From contig CBDHCC010000001.1 in assembly GCA_965261015.1 (NCBI GenBank), positions 1,037,873 to 1,101,872 of the forward strand: a stretch of DNA of 64,000 bases, written 5' to 3'. The first letter of the stretch is position 1. Every line of letters begins with the position of its first letter. A program made the translations under genes and the position numbers. Origin of the DNA: Sphingomonadaceae bacterium (GTDB lineage: Bacteria; Pseudomonadota; Alphaproteobacteria; Sphingomonadales; Sphingomonadaceae). Positions 38,237-45,325 of this stretch are shown one piece after another. Under the pieces are notes generated by a model, which worked only from the letters and a program-made list of their open reading frames with translations, ran no database searches and had not been told where the DNA came from.

Positions 38237-39261
38237 TCAGCCGGGCGGGCGGCCGTCCCGTGCTTCCGTCCGGGCCCCGCTCCCCGGCGCGGCCGGTGCC
38301 CCGCCGCGCGCCTTGGCGATTCGAGCGGCGCGAGCCTCCGCCCGCCGGGCGCGCCGGTTCGGCAGGGCCGCGTCGGCGGGTGTCGCGCTGGCGGGCGGGG
38401 CGGAAGTCGGCGGGGCGGGATCGGGGTGGGCGGGCGCGGGGTCCAGGGCGGCCGGCTCGTCGATGTTAGGCTCGGTCGCCCGATCGGCGGCGGGCGCGAC
38501 GTCGGCGAGCGGCGCGTCGTCGGCGTCCGCCAGCCGGCGCGACCAGCGGGGCAGGGCCTCGGCCGCGCCCGCCGGGGTGGGCGCGCGCCGGGCGGGCGCC
38601 GGGCGGGGCCGAAGCGGTCGCCGTGCAGGTGGGTGAGCAGGAAGCACAGCATCCGGTCGGACGGGGCCTGGGTCCGGCGCACCTCCTCCCCATCGCGCGT
38701 GGTGACCGAGACCGCCCCGTCGATCGCGCGTTCGAAGGCGAGTTCGACCAGCCGGGTGGACGCCAGCGTGAGCGCGTGGTCCCACGCCACCGCGAACGCC
38801 CGGCCGTCGGGCCGCGCGCGCAGCCGGTGGGCGGAGCGCGCCGTCAGCCCGGCCGCGGCGGCCGCCTGGGTGACCAGGCCGGTCTCCGCCAGCACGGCCA
38901 GGAAGCGGCGCTGGCGCTCCACCGTCCAGCCGTCGGCGCGCACCGGGCGGCGCGGCGGGGGCGGCGCGTCGTCCGGCGGATCGTCCTCCCGCTCGGGATC
39001 GCCGCGCACCTGGCGCAGCGCCAGCGTCAGCAGCCGGCCCTGCAGGTCCAGCTCCTGCGCGTCGGTCAACAGCCCGCGCCGGTCGGGCACCGCGCGCCGC
39101 GCGGACCGCTCCCGCAACCCGGCGACGAACTCCTCCCAGTCGTCCTCCGATCCGCCGGGATCGCCCCGGTTGGTGTCCCAGTCGCCCTCCTCGGGACCGT
39201 CGGGGTCGTGGCCGGCGGCGAAGTCGGGGTCGGGGGCGAGCGAATGGGTGGCGTCGGTCAT
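38237..39261 (-). pseudogene. Phage/terminase-small-subunit-like HTH protein with an acidic N-terminus and an apparent frameshift near 38590-38610
   Basis: Frame A from ATG 39261 reads MTDATHS...GWTVERQRRFLAVLAETGLVTQAAAAAGLTARSAHRLRARPDGRAFAVAWDHAL...LLTHLHGDRFG. A plausible C-terminus, ...ALPRWSRRLADADD...LPNRRARRAEARAARIAKARGG with a stop at 38237, is in another frame. Confidence 0.6.
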
Positions 39262-39298
39262 CGGCGCAAGTCTCCAGAGATGTGAATGGAAGGACTTG

Positions 39299-39327
39299 AC
39301 TTTAACCGAAAAGGTTGTAAATGTCAA
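39299..39327 (-). promoter_or_regulatory. Near-consensus sigma70-type promoter TTGACA-N17-TAAAGT
   Basis: On the minus strand, TTGACA is at 39327..39322, a 17-nt spacer follows, and TAAAGT is at 39304..39299. It sits in an AT-rich patch about 35 nt upstream of ATG 39261, with a GGAGA Shine-Dalgarno between them. Confidence 0.55.
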
Positions 39328-39414
39328 TGGAGCGGGGTGACTGTGGGGTGTTTGGAGCGGGGTGGGTGTGGGGTGTTCGCTGAGGTGGGTTGGCGAAGGT
39401 CGGGAGACGCCAGC

Positions 39415-39860
39415 CCCTCCCGTCATCCCCGCGAAAGCGGGGATCCCCGCTCCGCCCACCCGACCAAGCCCGCTGGAACAGGACAGCCCGCTCACGCCCG
39501 CCGAGAGCCTGGATCCCCGCTTTCGCGGGGATGACGGAGGAGAGGGCGGTGGTTTTGTCGTGTCGGGAGAACCACCAACCCCGCGGACAGCAGCCCACCT
39601 CGCGTTTCGCTCCGGCGGAGGCGGCTATCGAGGCGAGACCGCCGGGAATGTCGGACCTGGATCCCCGCTTTCGCGGCCGATGGGGCGGGGTGCTCACGGC
39701 GAAGGGGCACCGACCCCGCAGCGGAAGGCCTTACCGTTCAGTCGTCATCCCCGCGAAAGCGGGGATCCAGGCACCGCCCTGTGCGTCACCCCGACATGGC
39801 CGGTCGGGCAACACCCGCGCCTGGGTCCCCGCTTTCGCGGGGATGACGGAGGAGAGGGCG
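39415..39860. repeat. Cluster of five REP-type palindromic units (family C: GGATCCCCGCTTTCGCGGGGATGAC) in alternating orientation
   Basis: Units at 39422..39446 (-), 39511..39535 (+), 39659..39678 (+, degenerate), 39744..39768 (-) and 39823..39847 (+). Two units share the extension GGAGGAGAGGGCGGT. Their translations give the familiar IPAKAGI / PAFAGMT artefact peptides. Confidence 0.85.
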
Positions 39861-39910
39861 GTTTTAAAACCGTATGACTCCAAAGAGGGTTCGGAACCCC
39901 GTTGGCGGAC

Positions 39911-40174
39911 TCAGCCTGAGCGGGTCGGGGCAACCCAGCCCCAATCGATGCCGTCACGCCAAATTCGGGTTCGGTGGGAACGCACCCTGGAGCCGACCTG
40001 CTCGTACCTGCGCCCGCCGACAGCGCCAGGTCGGTCGCGACCCCCTCTGGCGCGCGCCGCATCGTTCATCGCGGCGGCGATCAGGGCGGGGTCGCCATCC
40101 TCGAACGCGGCTTCCAGATAGGCCAGCACCGCCTCGCGGCTGTCCAGATGGTCGGCGGCGTCCCAGTCGGTGAC
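39911..40174 (-). pseudogene. Remnant of a HigA-like addiction-module antidote gene (TIGR02684-like)
   Basis: VTDWDAADHLDSREAVLAYLEAAFEDGDPALIAAAMNDAARARG matches the family N-terminus. There is no usable start codon, the expected HTH half is out of frame, and no partner killer gene is present. Confidence 0.45.
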
Positions 40175-40182
40175 GTGGAGGC

Positions 40183-40407
40183 TTACGCCGCCCGCCGGCC
40201 CTTCAGCGGGATCACAAGTCGCGCATTCTCGAACCACTCGTCGGTCAGTTCCGGGGCGGCGTCGGGGTTGCTGGCGATCTGGGCGGCGATGTCCTCGTCC
40301 GTCAGGGCGTCCAGCCACGCCAGGTTCTCGGGCGTGGCCCAAGCCTTGGCCGCAGCGACCGCTTCCTCACGCGACATTCGCACGGTATCTTCGGATTTCT
40401 TTGTCAT
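40183..40407 (-). CDS. brnA: BrnA-family (DUF4415-like) antitoxin, apparently truncated and lacking the C-terminal RHH segment
   Basis: WLDALTDEDIAAQIASNPDAAPELTDEWFENARLVIP matches the conserved middle of BrnA antitoxins. The ORF stops a few codons later, where the VTLRLD...GYQTRIN segment would be expected. Confidence 0.6.
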   Translation of the reverse strand: MTKKSEDTVRMSREEAVAAAKAWATPENLAWLDALTDEDIAAQIASNPDAAPELTDEWFENARLVIPLKGRRAA

Positions 40408-40645
40408 TGGCTTTCCTGAAATTGATGATCCGCCGTTCCCCGTCGCGCCACATATACACGACCACGCAGACTCTGTCGTTCAGCATCTCCATCGGGCCGG
40501 TGGCGACGAAACGCGTTTCTCCATAGTCGAAGCGGGTGTCCTCCTCCTCGACAAAAGGACCGTCGAAGATCAACTGGGCGAACCGCAAGGGCAGGCCGTG
40601 TTTTCGCTGATTGATGCCGTCCTTCATCGGATCGAACGCGACCAC
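40367..40645 (-). CDS. brnT: BrnT-family (DUF497) toxin
   Basis: FDPMKDGINQRKHGLPLRFAQLIFDGP...DYGETRFVATG...VVYMWRDGERRIINFRKANDKE. It starts 6 nt after the nrdB stop. Confidence 0.8.
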   Translation of the reverse strand: MVAFDPMKDGINQRKHGLPLRFAQLIFDGPFVEEEDTRFDYGETRFVATGPMEMLNDRVCVVVYMWRDGERRIINFRKANDKEIRRYRANVA

Positions 40646-40651
40646 CCGCCC

Positions 40652-41683
40652 TCACTCCGCCGCGAACAGCCCCGCTTCGACCACGTCCTCGTTCGCCACC
40701 GGCTTCACCACCTGGCGTTTGTCGAAGCTGTCCCACACCTCGTTCCAGTTGCCGCGCGTCGCCGCCTTGGAATATTCGGTCGCGCGGGTCTCGAAGAAGT
40801 TCGCGTGCTCCACCCCGTTCAACAGCGGGGAGAGCCAGGGCAGCGGGTGTTCCTCGATCATGTAGATCGGCTTCAGGCCCAGCTGGCCCAGGCGCCAGTC
40901 GGCGATGTAGCGGATATAGCGCTTGATCTCCTTGGGCGTCATGCCGGGGACCGGCCCCATCTCGAACGCCAGGTCGATGAACGCGTCCTCCAGCCGCACC
41001 GTCGTCTGGCAGACGTCGGCGATGTCCTCCTTCACCGCCTTGGTCAGGCAGTCGCGTTCGTGGCAGAATGCGTGGAACAGCTTGATGATGCCCTCGCAAT
41101 GCAGGCTCTCGTCGCGGACCGACCAGCTGACGATCTGGCCCATGCCCTTCATCTTGTTGAAGCGCGGGAAGTTCATCAGCATGGCGAAGGACGCGAACAG
41201 CTGCAGCCCCTCGGTAAAGCCGCCGAACATCGCCAGCGTCTTGGCGATGTCCTCGTCCGTGTCCACGCCGAACTGTTGCAGATAATCGTGCTTGTCCTTC
41301 ATCTCGGCATAGTCGAGGAAGGCGCCGTACTCGCTTTCCGGCATGCCGATCGTGTCGAGCAAGTGCGAATAGGCGGCAATGTGGACCGTTTCCATGTTGG
41401 AGAACGCGGTCAGCATCATCTTGACTTCCGTGGGCTTGAACACGGAGCCGTATTTGTCGTGATAGCAGTCCTGCACCTCGACATCGGCCTGGGTGAAGAA
41501 GCGGAAGATCTGGGTCAAGAGGTTGCGTTCGTGGGCCGACAGCTTCTGCGCCCAGTCGCGACAGTCCTCGCCCAACGGCACCTCTTCGGGCATCCAGTGG
41601 ATCTGCTGCTGGCGCTTCCAGAAGTCGAACGCCCAGGGATATTCGAACGGCTTGTACTGCTTGCGGGCTTCGGTGAGGGACAT
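40652..41683 (-). CDS. nrdB: Ribonucleoside-diphosphate reductase beta subunit (class Ia)
   Basis: ATG at 41683. Reads MSLTEARKQYKPFEYPWAFDFWKRQQQIHWMPEEVPL, with the diiron motifs ...NMETVHIAAYSHLL... and ESLHCEG. Confidence 0.93.
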   Translation of the reverse strand: MSLTEARKQYKPFEYPWAFDFWKRQQQIHWMPEEVPLGEDCRDWAQKLSAHERNLLTQIFRFFTQADVEVQDCYHDKYGSVFKPTEVKMMLTAFSNMETVHIAAYSHLLDTIGMPESEYGAFLDYAEMKDKHDYLQQFGVDTDEDIAKTLAMFGGFTEGLQLFASFAMLMNFPRFNKMKGMGQIVSWSVRDESLHCEGIIKLFHAFCHERDCLTKAVKEDIADVCQTTVRLEDAFIDLAFEMGPVPGMTPKEIKRYIRYIADWRLGQLGLKPIYMIEEHPLPWLSPLLNGVEHANFFETRATEYSKAATRGNWNEVWDSFDKRQVVKPVANEDVVEAGLFAAE

Positions 41684-41700
41684 GGGAAGGTTCCTTTTTC

Positions 41701-41895
41701 TTAGATCGTGTCGAGCGTGAGCGCGAAGAGGGAGAGGAGGAGGGCCACCGCCAACAGCATGACGCCGGCGATGCGGCGCGCCTGGGCGTTGGGGGCGGAG
41801 CGCGCGCCGCCACCCCGCGACGGGGCGAGCAGGCCGATCCCGCCCACGCCCGCCGCCGCCGCGACGCCGGCCATGATGAGCGGTCCCAGCCTCAT
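41701..41895 (-). CDS. Small 2-TM membrane protein (64 aa) immediately upstream of nrdB
   Basis: Two hydrophobic helices flank a basic loop. Stop lies 17 nt before the nrdB ATG. Confidence 0.45.
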   Translation of the reverse strand: MRLGPLIMAGVAAAAGVGGIGLLAPSRGGGARSAPNAQARRIAGVMLLAVALLLSLFALTLDTI

Positions 41896-41948
41896 GACAC
41901 TTGTGCCGCCCTCGCTCGTTGTGGGAGTCCAACCGAAGAGGACATCAC

Positions 41949-42209
41949 ATGGTTCAGAAGAGCGACATCAAGGAGCATATGGAGATCATCGGCGCGGACG
42001 GCGTGCACGTCGGCACGGTCGACCACATGGCGGACGACGGCACGGACCGCATCAAGCTGACGAAGCACGACAGCCCGCAGACGAAGGACGAGCGGGGGGC
42101 CACCCACCACTACCTCCCCTTCGGCCTGGCCGCGTCGGTCGAGGACGGCAAGCTGCGCCTGTCCGCCAACGGCGCGGAGGCCCACGACCTGTTCGAGGAG
42201 GCGGGGTGA
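41949..42209 (+). CDS. DUF2171 domain protein (86 aa)
   Basis: MVQKSDIKEHMEIIGADGVHVGTVDHMADDGTDRIKLTKHD is typical of DUF2171, a PRC-barrel-like stress protein family. Confidence 0.75.
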   Translation: MVQKSDIKEHMEIIGADGVHVGTVDHMADDGTDRIKLTKHDSPQTKDERGATHHYLPFGLAASVEDGKLRLSANGAEAHDLFEEAG

Positions 42210-42216
42210 CACGGCC

Positions 42217-42420
42217 CTAGTCGCGCGGCAGGCGGGGCGCGAGCGGCGGCAGGGTGGAGCCGGAGGCCAGTTGCACGAAGGTCTCCAGCCGGACCAGCCG
42301 CCGGTCGAGGTCCGCCGTGACGTCCTCCGACCGGCCGGCGCGATCCTTGAGGGACTGAACATCCTCGTCCAGGCGCACGACGCGGCGTACGACGCCGAGG
42401 AGATCGCCGACGACGCTCAC
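42217..42420 (-). CDS. Hypothetical 67-aa protein, predicted coiled coil, translationally coupled to the RHH gene
   Basis: GTG start in a GTGA overlap with the RHH stop. High third-position GC. Heptad-like LDEDVQSLKDRAGRSEDVTADLDRRLVRLETFVQL. Confidence 0.5.
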   Translation of the reverse strand: MSVVGDLLGVVRRVVRLDEDVQSLKDRAGRSEDVTADLDRRLVRLETFVQLASGSTLPPLAPRLPRD

Positions 42421-42785
42421 GCCGCCTGGTCTCGACTGCCGCCGAACACGGCGCGCGCGCGTTCCCAGTCGATGGACGGGTCGGCGAGCAGCTGCCGACG
42501 CACCTGGTCGCGATATTCGTCCGAGCGGTAGTGGCGGCGCTCCGCCTCCACGGCGGCGATTTCGCGGCGGCCCTCGTCCACCCTCGCCTCGATCCGGTCG
42601 GCCATGGCGTTGAGTTCCGGCAGCAGCGAGGCGAGCTCTTCCAGCGCCAGCACGTCGTCGGCGTCGAACAGTTCGACCGCGCGCCGCACGAACTCGCTGG
42701 CGCTGACGCCCAGGCTGGCGGCACGCTCAGCGATCAGGGCCTTTTCCGCCGGCGTGACGAGCAGGGTCAGGCGTTCGGTCTTCAT
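42417..42785 (-). CDS. Ribbon-helix-helix (CopG/MobC-like) protein with a long helical C-terminal extension (122 aa)
   Basis: MKTERLTLLVTPAEKALIAERAASLGVSASEFVRRAV is a beta-strand plus two helices. GAGG Shine-Dalgarno 8 nt upstream. Confidence 0.7.
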   Translation of the reverse strand: MKTERLTLLVTPAEKALIAERAASLGVSASEFVRRAVELFDADDVLALEELASLLPELNAMADRIEARVDEGRREIAAVEAERRHYRSDEYRDQVRRQLLADPSIDWERARAVFGGSRDQAA

Positions 42786-42805
42786 TGGCGCACCTCATGT
42801 TCAGC

Positions 42806-42842
42806 TATGTGCGTACATATGATCATGTGAACGTAAGTGGCA
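42806..42842 (-). promoter_or_regulatory. AT-rich candidate promoter (TTGCCA-N18-TATGTA) overlapping alternating ATGT/ACAT half-sites
   Basis: The plus strand at 42806..42827 reads ATGTgcgtACATatgatcATGT and includes CATATG and TGATCA palindromes. The -35 is at 42842..42837 and the -10 at 42818..42813 on the minus strand. Confidence 0.45.
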
Positions 42843-42860
42843 AGCAGGGGTGCCAATCCA

Positions 42861-43121
42861 CTAGGGAAGCTTGCCTTCCGCAAATTTCCGAACGCTCGTC
42901 AGCTGCTTGCTTACATTTGTAGGCCAGCCTGTCGCAGTCTCTAGGTGCCGCTGAGCGGCGGAGACATACTCGTCTAGAGTCACCTCAGCCTCGCCAGCCG
43001 CCGCAACGGATCTCTTTGCTCGGTCCCGATCAGCGGGATGCAAAGCAAAAGGTGCGGTCATGCCTGCGAATGCACCTTTCAGCAGACGCTCCCATTCAGG
43101 CCGTCCCTCTTCCACCATCAT
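42861..43121 (-). CDS. Hypothetical 86-aa protein in low-GC DNA directly after nrdA
   Basis: GGAG Shine-Dalgarno. Starts 20 nt after the nrdA stop. No Cys residues, so it is not a YfaE/NrdH type protein. No family recognised. Confidence 0.45.
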   Translation of the reverse strand: MMVEEGRPEWERLLKGAFAGMTAPFALHPADRDRAKRSVAAAGEAEVTLDEYVSAAQRHLETATGWPTNVSKQLTSVRKFAEGKLP

Positions 43122-43141
43122 CTTCTACTCCGTCCAATAAT

Positions 43142-45040
43142 TCACTGGCACGCCAGGCACTCGTCGTAATCGGTCGACTCCACCTCGATCTCACGCAGGT
43201 CGATGGTGTTGTCGGCCTCCACCCCGCCGGCGAAGCCCGCGCGCTGGACCGATTTGGACCTGAGGTAATAGAGCGACTTGCAGCCCAGCTCCCACGCCCG
43301 GACGTGGAGCATCAGCAAGTCCCATTTCTCGACGTCCGCCGGGATGAACAGGTTCAGCGACTGCGCCTGGTCGATATAGGGCGTGCGGTCGGCGGCGAGT
43401 TCCAGGAGCCAGCGCTGGTCGATCTCGAAACTGGTCTTGAAGGTCGCCTTTTCCTCGGCCGACAGGAAGTCCAGGTGCTGGACCGACCCGCCGCGTTCCA
43501 GGATCGAGTTCCAGATCGCGTCCGAGTTCTTGGCGTGCGCGACCAGCGCGCGCTCCAGATGCGGGTTCCTGACCACGAAGCTGCCCGACAGCGTCTTGTG
43601 GGTGTAGATGTTGGCCGGGATCGGCTCGATGCACGCGCTCGTCCCGCCGCAGATGATGGAGATCGACGCGGTGGGCGCGATCGCCATCTTGGAGGAAAAG
43701 CGCTCCATCGCGCCCGCGTCGGCCGCGTCGGGGCACGGCCCGCGCTCGTGCGCCAGCATCATCGACGCCTCGCTCGCCTTGGCCTGGATGTGCTTGAACA
43801 TCTTCAGGTTCCAGCTCTTGGCCACCGCGCTCTCGAACGCGACGCCGCGCGCCTGCAAGAACGAATGGTAGCCCATGACGCCCAGCCCCACCGACCGCTC
43901 CGCGCTGGCCGCGTATTTCGCCCGCGCCATCTCGGGCGGGGCGCGGTCGATATAGTCGGTCAGCACATTGTCGAGGAAGCGCATCACATCCTCGATGAAG
44001 CGCGGATCGTCGTGCCACTGGTCCCACGTCTCCAGGTTCAGCGAGCTCAGGCAGCAGACCGCCGTGCGGTCGCGGCCGTGATGGTCCGGCCCGGTGGGCA
44101 GCGTGATCTCGGAGCAGAGGTTCGAGGTCGTGACCTTCAGGCCCAGCTCGCGCTGATGGCGCGGCATCAGGCGGTTCACCGTGTCGGCGAACACGATATA
44201 GGGCTCGCCGGTCGCCAGCCGGGTCTCGACCAGCTTCTGGAACAGCGAACGCGCGTCGACGGTGGCGCGGATCGCGTCGTCCTTGGGCGACTTCAGATGC
44301 CACTCCTCGCCCGCCTTCACCGCCTCCATGAACGCGTCGGTGACCAGCACGCCGTGGTGCAGGTTCAAGGCCTTGCGGTTGAAGTCGCCCGACGCCTTGC
44401 GGATCTCCAGGAACTCCTCGATCTCCGGGTGGCTGATGTCCAGGTACACGGCGGCCGATCCGCGGCGCAGCGATCCCTGGCTGATGGCGAGCGTCAGCGA
44501 GTCCATGACGCGCACGAAGGGGATGATGCCGCTGGTCTTACCGTTCAGGCCGACCGGCTCGCCGATGCCGCGCACATGGCCCCAATAGGTCCCGATGCCG
44601 CCGCCCTTCGACGCCAGCCAGACATTCTCGTTCCAGGTGTCGACGATGCCCTCCAGGCTGTCCGACACGGAGTTGAGGTAGCAGGAGATGGGCAGGCCGC
44701 GCCCGGTGCCGCCGTTCGACAGCACGGGCGTCGCCGGCATGAACCACAGGCGGCTGATCGCGTCGTACATCCGCTGGGCGTGCGCCTGGTCGTCGGAATA
44801 GGCGGACGCCACGCGCACGAACAGGTCCTGATAGCTCTCGCCGGGCAGCAGATAGCGGTCCTGCAACGTCTCCTTGCCGAAATCGGTCAAGAGCGAGTCG
44901 CGGCCGTGGTCGACGGTCAGGGGATAGGGCTCGGCGCGTTCCGTCTTGCCGATCGGCCGCGGGGCCGCCGAGTCGCGCGCTGGCGCGCCGGCGTCCGTCG
45001 CCTCGCGCGTCGTGTCCGTCGTCCTGTCCGCCAAATCCAT
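43142..45040 (-). CDS. nrdA: Ribonucleoside-diphosphate reductase alpha subunit (632-aa form)
   Basis: FMPATPVLSNGGT, CCLSSLN and SNLCSEITL catalytic motifs, with a C-terminal ..YDECLACQ tail. Confidence 0.95.
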   Translation of the reverse strand: MDLADRTTDTTREATDAGAPARDSAAPRPIGKTERAEPYPLTVDHGRDSLLTDFGKETLQDRYLLPGESYQDLFVRVASAYSDDQAHAQRMYDAISRLWFMPATPVLSNGGTGRGLPISCYLNSVSDSLEGIVDTWNENVWLASKGGGIGTYWGHVRGIGEPVGLNGKTSGIIPFVRVMDSLTLAISQGSLRRGSAAVYLDISHPEIEEFLEIRKASGDFNRKALNLHHGVLVTDAFMEAVKAGEEWHLKSPKDDAIRATVDARSLFQKLVETRLATGEPYIVFADTVNRLMPRHQRELGLKVTTSNLCSEITLPTGPDHHGRDRTAVCCLSSLNLETWDQWHDDPRFIEDVMRFLDNVLTDYIDRAPPEMARAKYAASAERSVGLGVMGYHSFLQARGVAFESAVAKSWNLKMFKHIQAKASEASMMLAHERGPCPDAADAGAMERFSSKMAIAPTASISIICGGTSACIEPIPANIYTHKTLSGSFVVRNPHLERALVAHAKNSDAIWNSILERGGSVQHLDFLSAEEKATFKTSFEIDQRWLLELAADRTPYIDQAQSLNLFIPADVEKWDLLMLHVRAWELGCKSLYYLRSKSVQRAGFAGGVEADNTIDLREIEVESTDYDECLACQ

Positions 45041-45325
45041 GGTCCTGCCCCTTCGTGTTCTCGTTCTGTTTCACTTTGCCCGAAGGGAGGCGACGAACGC
45101 AATCCCACAAGCGGTTGTGGGCCGCACGCGCCCACACCCCAAGTCTTGCGTCGGTTCGGACGGCGGGACAATCTTGACAAGCGATCGAACAGCCGGGCGC
45201 GGCGCATGGGCGTCCGCGTCGTTGGCGGAAAACCGGGGCCGCGGTTTATTTGCGGAGTCGGGGCCGGCCGTGTCCCGCGCCCATCGACTCGGACGAGGGG
45301 GGCATCTTCGAGTCGCGCGGCCGGT

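Noticed and set aside
37246-39495. A 749-aa minus-strand ORF that looks like a single large protein
   Set aside because: It is a composite. REP-derived sequence (GIPAFAGMT), the HTH gene, out-of-frame Pro/Arg-rich text, a translated repeat element and the SDR gene happen to be in one open frame. The SDR has its own GTG and Shine-Dalgarno at 38073.
41896-41948. EcfG-type promoter for the DUF2171 gene
   Set aside because: A CGTT is present at 41917..41920. The position expected for the -35 element reads GACAC or TGACA rather than GGAAC, which is a poor match.
45215-45235. A third copy of repeat family B upstream of nrdA
   Set aside because: Only 13 nt (GGTTTTCCGCCAA) match and the flanks diverge. 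It is mentioned in the family B finding but not called as a repeat copy.
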